From: Lineus longissimus
Taxonomy: Eukaryota
NCBI RefSeq assembly: GCF_910592395.1
Contig: NC_088313.1
Location: 17,894,500-17,949,403 of the forward strand
Direction of reading: 5' to 3'
Length of the DNA: 54,904 nucleotides
Positions 39,801 through 50,336 of the stretch are shown in pieces; position 1 is the first letter of the stretch; each line of letters starts with the position of its first letter. Under the pieces are notes generated by a model that had not been told where the DNA came from, searched no databases, and saw only the letters and a program-made list of their open reading frames with translations. A program made the translations under genes and the position numbers.

Positions 39801-40021
39801 CTGATAGAGATCGGTATAGAAGGTTGCTTGTCAAATTCCTGATAGGATGCATTCTGTAAAAGAAACTTAGCCATGGCTTTGGGAGAGAAAGAATGAAATA
39901 ATTTCTAAGCAAAGTGGGTAATAGAATGTTGCCGTCTTGAGAGTGCAAGCTAGGTTAATATTTGAATTTTACCCTGTAGAATGTTTGCAATGCACCATAT
40001 GTATTCAGACCCCTTGCTTGC

Positions 40022-40260
40022 AGGAGTCACGGTTAAAAGACTGTCATGCCTAGGTCGTACCTGTCTGTGTGCATCGCAGCTTTCAGGTGATGACTTCAGG
40101 AATTTGTTATCTAACTTTGACCAATTTCATCTGAACTTAAAATGGCAAGACCACTGTCTACAGTGTACATAGAGCAGAGGGCTCCACCTACAGTGTACAT
40201 AGAGCAGAGGGCTCCACCTAAACAAATTTGTACAGAAGTGGCCATCCTTTTCAATTCTAA
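40022..40260 (+). repeat. Dispersed repeat copy 1 (with an internal 30-bp tandem duplication at 40158-40217)
   Basis: Shares ggagtcac..gactgtcatgcctagg..gtacctgtctgtgtgcatcgcagctttcaggtgatgacttcagg..ctaactttgaccaatttcatctgaacttaaaatggcaagaccactgtc with 47022-47115 + 47967-48060. Confidence 0.8.
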
Positions 40261-41290
40261 CTCCTGCCCTTACACCACTGTCTCATATAAACCGTTACTT
40301 CTCATCTGTGAGTTCAGTGAAGTGTAGTTGCTCTGTTCCAGTTGTACTTGTGAATAATAATTTGTGCTGAACATTATTCTGTTGTCTTGCATTCCATCTG
40401 CTTAGTAAGCAAAATAACTGTCCGTTGTTTTGACTAGCAATGCTTGTCCTATATTGTAAGAGGTTAGGTTGGGCTCCCATGTTCTCTGTTAAACTCTGAA
40501 ATGCATGAAAAAGACGTAATAAATGTGAGTTTGAACAAGCCTTCTTCCGTGGATTTGGTTAGTCCTAAACTGGGTGCAAAAACAAAGAGTACATGTACAA
40601 TTCGGCATGATGATAAGTGACTGGAGAGAAAAATTCTTTTGACCTGTTTAGAAGTTGCTCCACTGAACAGTAATATTTTCTTACATCCTTCAATCAAGTC
40701 TGTTTCTAAGTTAAACTTGGTTCTAATAGAACACAAGGGGTAAATTTCTGAAAGGAAAATGATCGCTTTTTTTATAAAAAGTTGAGGTATGGAAGCACTA
40801 ATAATATTAGGGGGGGGGGATCACTGATATGTGCTACTGGCTGTTTCAGGGTAATTCCCAGTCAGAAGAGTTCAAGGCCTTTCTTTGACTTTCATTTTGT
40901 ATCTTTGGCATTGGAAGCTTTCATGGTACTTATTGTGCAGAATCCTGAATCAATGCAACCTCATTCCAGGAAGGGGTCACCCTGGGGACGTCATTGACAA
41001 GCTGTCAGGCTTGTGAGATTTGGATGTGATTACCTTAATCTTTTGTATAGAAAAAAAAGAGAAAATAAAACAAAAGAGATATTACATGTCTTGTTATGTT
41101 GATATTTCCAGCTTTATGTTTCATCTGAAGGTCTATCAAGAGGCACTCTCGGACCTCTGAAAAGTTCAATCCATTGCAGACTGCTTTGGAAAACCCTTGG
41201 GCAATCTTATTCCTTTGTCAAGGAGAAAAGTGGCAAAGATTCATCCCAATGAGAGGAATACCTTCAATTCGAATTTACAACATCTGTTCA

Positions 41291-41653
41291 TTTACTGATA
41301 TATAATAATCATCCGCTGTCCGCCCTAGTGGAGGTTGTAAGAGCTATCAAGTTCCAATGGATGGCCTATATTCGTAGATTGATCCCACATGTACATAGTC
41401 AGTTTGAACTATCAAATCGTTTTTCAGGTTAATCATAGCCAGCTCTACAATGTTGGTTGTAAGAGTCCTTCCTACTAGAGTTATCCACAGCAGCAAGAAT
41501 CTAAGCTTGATGTCTAATCCCTCAACAGCATCCCGATCCCTGATCTCCCGAGGAGGTTGTTGGAAGGCCAGCACCCAGACGCCTCGGTGCTGGCAGGACA
41601 ACACCCTTAGGCCTTGCTACTAGCGGGAGGAGAGCAATCCTTTTCCCTCCAAT
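41291..41653 (+). repeat. SINE-like dispersed repeat, copy 1 (just 3' of AS3MT)
   Basis: atataataatcatccgc..cctagtggaggttgtaagagctatcaa..ttaatcatagccagctct..ccttttccctcc; second copy at 45419-45836. Confidence 0.75.
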
Positions 41654-42021
41654 AGAGCAAAGGGGTCTGGATTGTGCTTCTGAAAAAAAACATTGACTGC
41701 AGTATTATAAATGGTCACTTTCTTTATTCAATGACTCGCCATAACGAGTCTCACTGGGGTCTCAACTATTAACGTAGATGTAAACTCAACACATCATGTC
41801 GTTATACATACTTGGTGGTATTAACAAGAGACCCTGCTTTGAACTGAGCTCTTTTTATTAGGTCTATCTGAACACAAAATTATTTGAAGAGAATTGTCCT
41901 TTAATAGTTTTGAGTAATGAAGGCAGCAATATAGACTTGTAGCAAAAACAGATACCAGTAAAGCTATCCATTTCTGCTTATGGACAATGCCAACATTCAC
42001 ATGATAGTGAATGACTTTACT

Positions 42022-42153
42022 TGCCTTGGTTGTTGGACAACAAGCAGATCCATTCTGTCCCTTGTCACATGGCTGTAAGGTGAAGTCACTATTGTATCGC
42101 GAGCAGTGTAAGAAGGTGGCAACCTCCGAATCCACTGATACTATATCACCTGC
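42022..42153 (-). CDS. AS3MT: AS3MT coding exon 7 (AGDIVSVDSEVATFLHCSRYNSDFTLQPCDKGQNGSACCPTTKA..); 3' end uncertain
   Basis: tttccag acceptor at 42154-42155. The open frame runs on to 41821, but a GTAAAG donor at 42021-42016 after ..TTKA, and the similarity of GSACCPTTK to the AS3MT C-terminal CCGTKK, suggest the true CDS ends near here or splices to a short final exon. Confidence 0.5.
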
Positions 42154-42373
42154 CTGGAAAATAATGGAAGGACTCCAAGTTTAGAAAAGTTCCTCCACTG
42201 CGGAAAGTAGAAGAAAGGTTAAAGACGATAGGCAACATTAATGCCTTTATAATGGAGACATTGTCACATCCATGTAGGTGTAAGCAACATTTCAAGCTAC
42301 ACACTTACCCCCTATCACCAAAACACAAACTATCTATTCTATCATGTCTATCTATTCCTTGGTTTACACTTAC

Positions 42374-42513
42374 TTTGAATGATGTGGCATAGTCTAAGAA
42401 GAATTCTTCCTCTGCTCCCTCAATAGTGCCTTCATAAATCACTTGACATTTTGGTTGAAGGTCGAGCGGTAATTTCACCAGACGATATGTGACCGATACA
42501 TACTTGTAGCCAG
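42374..42513 (-). CDS. AS3MT: AS3MT coding exon 6 (GYKYVSVTYRLVKLPLDLQPKCQVIYEGTIEGAEEEFFLDYATSFK)
   Basis: catgcag acceptor, GTAAGT donor; aligns with human AS3MT ..RFVSATFRLFK..RCQVIYNGGITGHEKEL.. Confidence 0.75.
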
Positions 42514-42900
42514 CTGCATGAAAATAGGTATAGACGATTTTCAGGAATGTAATGGTGCAATGATGTGGGGAAAGATGTCACATCTGAGCTGGGCACCAAT
42601 CCATGACTACAGACAAGGGAGAACCAGGCCAAAATAAGCCATCCAGGTAAAATCTCTGTGGCGACCAAACATGGCACCAAACTTGAGCAACTTGAAAAAG
42701 AAGTACCGGTACACATTTCTTTGCTGCTGTAAAGTAGGAAAGCTCCAACAATGCTTTCTGTGTGAAAACCATATTGACTTGGCCATGTTTTGTGGAACTG
42801 GATTGAAAACATTCAAATAATTTATTTGAACTAATTTGATATCACATTGAACTCTGGCACTGAAATGAAAGCTTTGAATATTAATTTCAAAAATACTTAC

Positions 42901-43114
42901 TGACAAGCTTCGCCATTTCTTCGTTGTCAACAGTGATGGGGCTTGCCTTCACAAGTCTTGGTTTAGAGAAACCAACTTCCTCAGCCAGCTGCACCAACTC
43001 TGTCCAAGCTAGAGCCCCTGAGAGGCCCTCTCCCCACAGAACCTTCTCTTTTCGGATATGCTCTGGCAAGACTTTGTCACAGTAGACGTCACTGAAGTAC
43101 ATTTCTCCTCCAAC
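42901..43114 (-). CDS. AS3MT: AS3MT coding exon 5 (VGGEMYFSDVYCDKVLPEHIRKEKVLWGEGLSGALAWTELVQLAEEVGFSKPRLV..)
   Basis: ttttag acceptor, GTAAGT donor; conserved GGELYFSDVY..KVLWGEC motif of arsenite methyltransferase. Confidence 0.85.
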
Positions 43115-43532
43115 CTAAAACCGATTTTCAGAAGTGTACAGTGGAACCCTGGTCGGGACCACCCCGGTAACGCGACCACCCCACTATGACGACCAAGAAT
43201 CGCCGGTCCCGAATGGTTTCCTCTCTAATTACCATTACAGGGCCCCCCAGTAACATGACCACCTCGGGACCCAGACCACAACCACTTGATTGGGTGGTCC
43301 CAATGACCAAATTCACCCCTCTAACTCGACCAAAGGAACTTATGAAAGGATTAGGGTTAGAAAAAATAGTCCAAATATTTTTTTCGCTTTTTTTTTCTCC
43401 TTGTAAGTTTGAAAATTTTTCCAAATTTTGAACTTGATCCCAGAACATAAGAACAATGTTACAGTTCAAACAAACTTATCAGATGTCTATCAGCTTGACA
43501 GTTGAAATCTTCGAAAATTCTGCTTGACTGAC

Positions 43533-43602
43533 CTTAAGTGAATCGTACGCCTCCCTCAGAACTGCCCTTTTATCTGGGGATAGATTAACTACACAGTTGG
43601 AT
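43533..43602 (-). CDS. AS3MT: AS3MT coding exon 4 (VSNCVVNLSPDKRAVLREAYDSLK)
   Basis: tttcag acceptor, GTCAGT donor; conserved VSNCVINL (SAM-MTase motif III region). Confidence 0.8.
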
Positions 43603-43864
43603 CTGAAATAAGAATATAAATCACATCACATCAATGTGTCAAATAACCAAACAATGCCATTATTCTTGCAATCAGTATCAGTACCTTTGACCAGACAGTC
43701 CAAAATTGCTTTAATGAATGAGAGAATCAATTATTAACTAAAGCACTTCACTTTCTTACAGAGCATTATAATTACCGGTAAATCATATTCATCCTTTAAT
43801 TTGCACTGATAAGATGGACACCATAAAACTTAATGTAGATGCACTGGCCTAGTCTTTCACTTAC

Positions 43865-44001
43865 ACTATGACATCATACTCATTCTTTGCAATGCCTGCT
43901 TCCCAAAGCCTCTCAATGTAACCCTTCTTGAACTCAACATTTGGTTTGCTGAATCCAAATGTTTTGGTGTGGTAATCAATGTACTTCCGTGCCACATCAA
44001 T
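43865..44001 (-). CDS. AS3MT: AS3MT coding exon 3 (IDVARKYIDYHTKTFGFSKPNVEFKKGYIERLWEAGIAKNEYDVI)
   Basis: ctccag acceptor, GTAAGT donor. Confidence 0.8.
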
Positions 44002-44325
44002 CTGGAGTATAATAATAACATATAATGGCATGGAAATCAAACAGAATGTAGAGAAGCAATTTCAATGTGCAAGCGAATCTGTGCTTGATCCTATCAATTC
44101 CCTTTCTCTGGCAGAATCCTTAGAATGTGCTGAAACATACCTTTATTTCCAATGAGTCACATTTTAACACTCTCAGAAGTTGATTACTCAGATCTTAACT
44201 TCCAGTTAGCTATCAGCTTTGTTCTTATGATCCAACTTAGGACACACAAGTATTGCTATATTTTCATGGCTGCAGCAATGTTTTAAAAGTCTAAGGATTA
44301 ACTAGAATGTCTTGACTCTCCTTAC

Positions 44326-44476
44326 CTGTTCTTCTGTCATATCGATTCCTGTCACTTGGCCATTCTCTCCCACAAGTTTACTGAGGATGTAACAGTCTCT
44401 TCCGCTTCCACTCCCGAGGTCCAAAACTTTACACCCCTGGACATTTTCTGGGATGATGAGTCCACAACCATAATAC
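44326..44476 (-). CDS. AS3MT: AS3MT coding exon 2 (YYGCGLIIPENVQGCKVLDLGSGSGRDCYILSKLVGENGQVTGIDMTEEQ)
   Basis: attcag acceptor, GTAAGG donor; SAM-binding motif I LDLGSGSGRDCY identical to AS3MT. Confidence 0.9.
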
Positions 44477-44712
44477 CTGAATCATAAATGATACATAAGT
44501 TTTTGTCAGGTAGTATATAAGAAAGCTGCAACTTATAGAAAGTAACCGTAGGCCTACCCTTACAACTCTACATTGGATTGATCAGACAAGCTGCCCTTGA
44601 TCCCCCGTTTCATGAGGCCTATACGTCGTCGGACCTGTTGCTGATTGCGATGCATACCAAAATCAGAACCTGGGACTGAAGCCAACAGCAAAGAGGCTAG
44701 TGACATACTCAC

Positions 44713-44873
44713 TTAACAACAACATCGTCATGAACAAGCTTCATGGCTTTCAGAACATGATTTGGCATTTTCTGGGAAGCAGTTTTGCAAACATTTGTCT
44801 TCAAATCATCAGATGTTTTCAGCACTTTTCCATAGTAGTTTTTGACATCATCAAGCAAGGACTGTTCAGACAT
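44713..44873 (-). CDS. AS3MT: AS3MT coding exon 1 (MSEQSLLDDVKNYYGKVLKTSDDLKTNVCKTASQKMPNHVLKAMKLVHDDVVV..)
   Basis: ATG at 44873; GTGAGT donor at 44712-44707; matches the AS3MT N-terminus (..VQTYYGQVLK..). Confidence 0.8.
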
Positions 44874-45418
44874 GTTGAAAAGGTTTGTGAAATATATATA
44901 TATCTCAATCAGAGAATACGAGTTAAATGGCAACTTTTGTTTTATAATTATGGCATCTGCCGTGCGGCGAGATCTCATGAATAGGGGATTGGTGGTGCGC
45001 ACGCGTATGCTATGAACGGATGTCCGCCTCTTGAAAGATACGGATGATTTATCTGTGTGAGGTCACTGTGTCACACATTTTTTATGGGTGTCTTTATTTT
45101 TGTGCCTTACATCCAACACATTATCTATCGTCTACATATTTTGATTTCAAAATGAAACCTTTTCTTGGTGATGCAGCCTATCTAATAGATCTAAAGTGAC
45201 GGAAAAGACGCTACTGGACGCCAATTCTGGGCAAGTGTGCTCTGACCGGGATTCACTGGCCGCCAACTTTGGCGTCGAGAGGCGTCACTGAGGCGATGGC
45301 GTCCAGTAGCGTCTTCTCCGCCACTTTAGGCTGCCCTTTTGAAATCATGTGACATCAAGACGCACGCTGAATGGCCATAGCCTCGCCACCGACGCCAAGC
45401 TTTAGGCTTCTAATATAT

Positions 45419-45836
45419 AATAATCATCCGCCCTAGTGGAGGTTGTTGTAAGAGCTATCAAATTCCGTTGGATGGCCTATTCGAAGATTCATCCCAATCA
45501 GAGGCATCCTACCTTGTCAGCTTAAACCATCAAATCGTTTTTCAGGTTAATCATAGCCAGCTCTGCAATGTTAGTTATAAGGGCCTTACTACTAGAGTTA
45601 TCCACACAGCTGGAGTCTAAGCTTAATGTCTAATCCCTCAACAACACTCCGATCCCTTATCTCCTGAGGAGGAGCACCACGAACCTGTGCCGTTGGGAGG
45701 ACAGCACCCCGACGCCTCAGTGCTGGGAGGAGAACACCCTTAGGCTTTGCTACTAGCGGTAGGACAGTATCCCGAATCCTTCTTGCTTGTGCCGCAACAT
45801 CCGACATCAGCAGATCCTTTTCCCTCCGTCTGTCAA
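45419..45836 (+). repeat. SINE-like dispersed repeat, copy 2 (5' of AS3MT)
   Basis: Same family as 41291-41653, with internal indels. Confidence 0.75.
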
Positions 45837-45877
45837 CTGTCCTCAACAGTTAATTGGAAGAAGAAGAGAAGAAGAAG

Positions 45878-45950
45878 ACATACTCACTTAGCAACAACAT
45901 CGTCATGAACAAGCTCCAAGGTTTTCAGAAGATGATCTGGCATATATTAG
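45878..45950 (-). pseudogene. Orphan fragment of AS3MT exon 1 (3' end plus donor), duplicated ~1.1 kb upstream of the intact gene
   Basis: gacatactcacttagcaacaacatcgtcatgaacaagctccaaggttttcagaagatgatctggcat is about 85% identical to 44701-44770 (the exon-1/intron-1 junction). Confidence 0.6.
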
Positions 45951-46245
45951 ATGCTAGAACGTCCATAACTCAAACCCTCAGTATTTCATTATTTCCTTGT
46001 GCCAAACCATCTAATAGATACTATATCGTCCATGTTATGTTTTCAAATAATTCTTTTTTCTTTGTGATTCAAGCATATCTATTTAGATGCTAGAACGTCC
46101 CTAATTCAAACCCTCAGTATTTCATTATTACTTTGTGCCAAACCATCTAATAGATACTATATCGTCCATGTTATGTTTTCAAATAATTCTTTTATCTTTG
46201 TGATCTTATAGATGCTAGAACGTCCATAATGCAAACCCCCAGGAG
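45945..46245. repeat. Tandem repeat, ~135-bp unit x about 2.2
   Basis: tagatgctagaacgtcc..caaaccctcagtatttcattat..gtgccaaaccatctaatagatactatatcgtccatgttatgttttcaaataattctttt repeated. Confidence 0.8.
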
Positions 46246-47021
46246 ATATTATGTGGAAATTACAATAGTGTTCATTTACTTTTGACCGACGTCCGGGACG
46301 TACACACTTTGTGAATCAAAACATGTTCTTTGGTTCGAACTACGATCATGCATCGCCTCAATAGACAACCTTGATGTTATTTTTTTTTTTTTTATAAAGG
46401 AAAGAAAGTTCAAATACTGAAAAGAAATCTTCTAAGTCTGATATTCCAGATTATGATCTATTGATTTCTTTGACATATTTGACATCACGTACCAAGCGTG
46501 ACAGGTATATGCGGTCATTAAATTACCTTCATTGTAACAATTGAATAAAATAGTCACCGCGTTCACATTCAAAAATCATACACTTTGATATATAATCAAT
46601 ATTGCATGAAAAATATTTTTATTGAATATTGCAACATATATCATGCCATAGTCGTGTATTTCAAAGAATTTAATCACAAAACGTATCCATCGTTTATGAA
46701 CATAAAACCGGTCGATATAATATAGCCTACCTGTTATTATATCCAGTCACAAAGGCTGTCCTCGGGAAATAGAGAGAACGGGGTGGGTTGTTTTCTCGGG
46801 TTGACGTCATCAAGTCAAACTTATTGTTTTGTATTATTGTTTTTAAGCATCCTACCAGGCATTGTAAACACACTGTTTCATTTCATTTCTGACAACAGGC
46901 AATGGTATCTTATCGTCAAAATACCACCTCGTTTTCGTTCTCGTTCTCGGATCGAAAATCTTAACCGCTCTACTAATAGTCTTTCCTCCAGTCGATATTG
47001 ATTGCCGGATCCGGAGTCACT

Positions 47022-48060
47022 GTAAACAGACTGCCATGCCTAGGATGTACCTGTCTGTGTGCATCGCAGCTTTCAGGTGATGACTTCAGGAATCTGTCAT
47101 CTAACTTTGACCAATAGCATGCCGCGAAGTTACTATTTATAGCTCACAAGGTCATTTGCACAAGATATTGATGACGTTTTAGTCACGTGACAGTCGGACA
47201 TCGACACTTATTTCTACGCATTTGAGCTTATTTCAAAGTCAATTATCTTTGACCCTGCATTGTTTTTAGCATGAATGATACCATAGAGTCAGAGAGAGAA
47301 ATATTCAGAACAATAATGTAGTATTTCCAACACTCGGACATGTGCCAGATTGAATCTAACTGCCCTATAGTTAGAAAGCCTGAATCCATTACGAAACCGC
47401 ATGTTTGTCCGACATTAGCGAGTTTCCGCATCGCTTACGATTACGATTACGATTACGATTTGTGTTTGACGTCAGCGATTTTTGGTGCTACGTCGTCCCC
47501 AGAGAAATCGTCGATGGTACTTTCGTCTCGTTCTTACGAGGATTCCGGCTGATCTTCGTAAGTCGAAAAACGATTACATGGATTAGCGAAAAGCCTATTT
47601 TCCACGCTACATATCAAATTCAAGGTGAAATATTCATTGAAGAATTCTTTAGAACATATCTGTCAAACATAGGAACTGCATTTAATTTGATCAACGGCGA
47701 TTTTGATCATGTTTTAGGGCCGAGAAAAGTGCACCCAGAGCATGAGAGCAGAGTATAGGGCCTATACTACAGTACACCAAGTCGTTGGTGTGAATGCGGA
47801 AACAAAATTTCTGGTTCATGCCGGTTTTGAGAGTATTACGATTACGACTTTGAAATCGTAATCGTAATCGTAATCGTAAGCGATGCGGAAACTCCCTATT
47901 GCCTGTAATTCAGCGATGGGGAAATAGAGGGCAGCAGCTGCAGTGACGTCATCTTCGCGGAATGCTATTTCATCTGAACTTAAAATGCCAAGACCACTGT
48001 CCAGTGTACATGGAGTAGGGCTCCACCAAAATACATTTGTACACAAACGGCCCGCGGCCT
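47022..48060 (+). repeat. Dispersed repeat copy 2, split by an 851-bp insertion (47116-47966)
   Basis: The left part 47022-47115 and right part 47967-48060 are collinear with copy 1 at 40022-40260. Confidence 0.8.
47116..47966. mobile_element. Non-autonomous TIR element (MITE-like), 851 bp, inserted into the dispersed repeat
   Basis: 14-bp terminal inverted repeats AGCATGCCGCGAAG / CTTCGCGGAATGCT (13/14). An apparent 2-bp AT duplication is present relative to the empty site ccaatttcat in copy 1. Internal ~39-bp inverted repeats containing (CGATTA)4 lie at 47422-47460 and 47853-47891. Confidence 0.65.
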
Positions 48061-48278
48061 ATTGCCATGGACATTGCTCGCTGATAAATGATCGAGATAT
48101 TAATTGCAAGCTCGTGGCGATAACATTGAAAATAAAAACGTGGGAAGAGAGTATCCTTCATTAGAAGATTGATTGCATCCGGGGAGAATGGGGAACAAAC
48201 AACATTACTTCCCCAGATCGATCCCCGCAGTGTATAAAAAATTGATAGGCCTACAACATGGCGCAGCACAGACGTTGG

Positions 48279-48810
48279 TAGGCGGGAGGGGACATAAATC
48301 AGAATATATCGGCCGATTAATTACTTGCGCCGCAAAGGCCTCCCGCGAATGATGCGCCGCAACAATGCCCCGCTAAAAACACGCCGCAAAAGAATGCGCC
48401 GTAAAAATCTCGCCGCGTGACCCAATTTAAACCAATCAGGAGCCAAGGACGGTTTGAATTTTGCGGCAGAGGTATTTTCGCGGGAGTCTTCTGCACGATT
48501 TGCGGGGGACTTATGCAAATTTCGACACTTTAGCGGCGCACTTCTTTAACCAATCAGAGACATCGTAACTTCGTAAACCCGCCGCCAATAAGTTGGAAAG
48601 TAACGATGTCTCGAAATTTGCATAAGTCCCCCGCAAATCGTGCAGAAGACTCCCGCGAAAATACCTCTGCCGCAAAATTCAAACCGTCCTTGGCTCCGCT
48701 TACCAGTCAGAACGGCCCCTGGTCAAAACGGCCCCCGCTTTAATAGAGTCAAAACGGCCCCGAGTCAAAACGGCCCCGGGTCGAAACGGCCCTGGGTCAA
48801 ATGGGCACCT
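48279..48810 (+). repeat. Left TIR of the long-TIR element, including a nested foldback and a 14-bp tandem array
   Basis: Inverted match to 50337-50619. Confidence 0.8.
48436..48698. mobile_element. Palindromic foldback (MITE-like, ~260 bp) nested inside the left TIR only
   Basis: ggagccaaggacggtttgaattttgcggcagagg...cctctgccgcaaaattcaaaccgtccttggctcc forms a near-perfect inverted repeat. The right TIR shows the uninterrupted sequence ggagccaagggtatccagtcagaacgg. Confidence 0.65.
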
Positions 48811-48876
48811 ATAGCGGCGGAGTGTAGGGTATCGTGTGAAGTGGGCGGGTATAGTTGAGTGTATAGTTGAGGCGGT

Positions 48877-49770
48877 TTAGGGATAAGTATTTTTAGGGGT
48901 GGGAACTTCGATCCTGTGATTCAGGAACACCTGGTTTACAATTTCTGCAGCAGGCGTGAAGATCTCTTTGGCTGCTGACTTCTTGATCTCTATTGCCACA
49001 TTCGTTGCAATGGCAGCCCCTAGCTTGCCGGGATGGACGTGGGGTAGACTGCCTCGTATAAAGTTGGAACCTTTCTGGAGCACCGTGGCCTTGCACCAGA
49101 CATTCTTGTTACGCACGCTACATCTCCAGGTCCGGTTCCCGTTCTGTCTCTTCGTGGCCTTCACTGTGTATAGGTAACCATGACTGTCGGCAAGCTTTTC
49201 TTTTCCTTTCTGTGAGCCATTGTAGATTATTTCGTACAGTGCAGGTGCTGCAGCTCTGGCGTACGGCAATGGGTCTGGTTCTCGCATTGAAGACTCTTGA
49301 AGGACGGATGGGATATCAAATTCGCCGAGGGTGGGGTCACTGCTGGTGCTCTGTTCTTCCTGGTGCTGCTCGGCAATATACTCGTCGACCACCATCTGCA
49401 GCTCTGCTTCACTTGGCATGCCGTGGTCTACGTCTACGTCTGGTGGTGGCTCGTCGTCTTCCAGTACTTCTTGATGATCTTCAGCCCATTCGTTCATGAT
49501 GACCTGTAACGTGGAAGTGTTTTGCAGTGACAATCGTGTGCTCTCGCCCTGGGGCTCCCCAACACTAAGGCGGCTGTAACTTCTTGCCTGACACCGTTGG
49601 CACCTCCAGCTGATCGCATTCCCCAGCTTGACAGCGGCACGGTACTCTTTCTGGCTTATACCCGTGTTGCAGATTCGGTGTTGCCACTGGTCACATCCTT
49701 CGCACTGGAGGCCATGTTGTCGTCTCTTCACTTGCTTGCGGCAGGAGATGCAGGGATCCTCTTCTGTCAT
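48877..49770 (-). CDS. 297-aa protein with an N-terminal PHD-type zinc finger and a C-terminal FLYWCH/WRKY-like zinc finger
   Basis: CISC..(x11)..CEGCDQWQHRIC..(x20)..WRCQRCQ fits a C4HC3 PHD. YLYTVKATKRQNGNRTWRCSVRNKNVWCKATVLQKGSNFIRGSLPHVHP fits the FLYWCH pattern (F/Y..W.C...C...H.H). An acidic central region (EDDEPPPDVDVDHG) is present. The ORF is intact and lies inside the long-TIR element. Confidence 0.6.
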   Translation of the reverse strand: MTEEDPCISCRKQVKRRQHGLQCEGCDQWQHRICNTGISQKEYRAAVKLGNAISWRCQRCQARSYSRLSVGEPQGESTRLSLQNTSTLQVIMNEWAEDHQEVLEDDEPPPDVDVDHGMPSEAELQMVVDEYIAEQHQEEQSTSSDPTLGEFDIPSVLQESSMREPDPLPYARAAAPALYEIIYNGSQKGKEKLADSHGYLYTVKATKRQNGNRTWRCSVRNKNVWCKATVLQKGSNFIRGSLPHVHPGKLGAAIATNVAIEIKKSAAKEIFTPAAEIVNQVFLNHRIEVPTPKNTYP

Positions 49771-49856
49771 AGTAAGGTGTTGATGAAAGTAGCGTCGAGT
49801 TGTAGCAGCAATGAAGTCTTGGAATAAACTGATGAAGATCTTGAGAATTCTGGGGG

Positions 49857-49864
49857 TTTATATA
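49857..49864 (-). promoter_or_regulatory. TATA box (TATATAAA) ~90 bp upstream of the PHD-FLYWCH ORF's ATG
   Basis: Minus-strand gactatataaaccccc; position appropriate for a core promoter. Confidence 0.35.
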
Positions 49865-50336
49865 GTCATCGTGACGAGATGATAAAATGAACAGTACTCA
49901 TTCTTGAGCTCAGTCACAAGATTAAAGAGACAGTGCGACCCCTCTCCACTCTATATGTATTTGGTCAGATGTAAAATTATTGAACAAAATAGATGTCTAG
50001 AAGTTAAAGGTAAAAGGAACCTCAGCAAATATCACGAAAAGTAGCCTTGATTAATTCCCCTTGCTTAATTAATGATCTTATATTTTTCTGTGTGATCACG
50101 GACCTGAATAAAGTTCGATGGTGTAGACCTACATTAGCCCTACATATAGAGAATAATGTAGAGAAGATTAATAATAATAACAATAATATGGGCGAACAGG
50201 CCAAAAACCAGATAACGCAACTTCTAAGTTTTAAAAGTGCATAACATCTGCTTTCTTATCTCGTTACCACTGGTTACACGCACGCAGTAAAAAAAGTTAT
50301 CTAGTTCAGATAGGTTACTACCACTAAACTACCAAG

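Noticed and set aside
41821-42021. Continuation of the AS3MT frame to the stop at 41821
   Set aside because: Hydrophobic low-complexity translation with no resemblance to AS3MT and a GTAAAG donor at its start; probably intronic or 3'UTR. Kept as an open question.
44700-44984. Plus-strand ORF MTYSLNNNIVMNKLHGFQ... and its near-copy at 45854..46093
   Set aside because: Antisense translation of AS3MT exon 1 and of its duplicated fragment.
46320-46345. GGTTCGAAC motif reminiscent of a tRNA T-loop
   Set aside because: No acceptor stem, anticodon stem or A/B box context; not a tRNA.
49212-49827. Plus-strand ORFs (95 and 76 aa) inside the long-TIR element
   Set aside because: Antisense to the intact PHD-FLYWCH ORF; no motifs.
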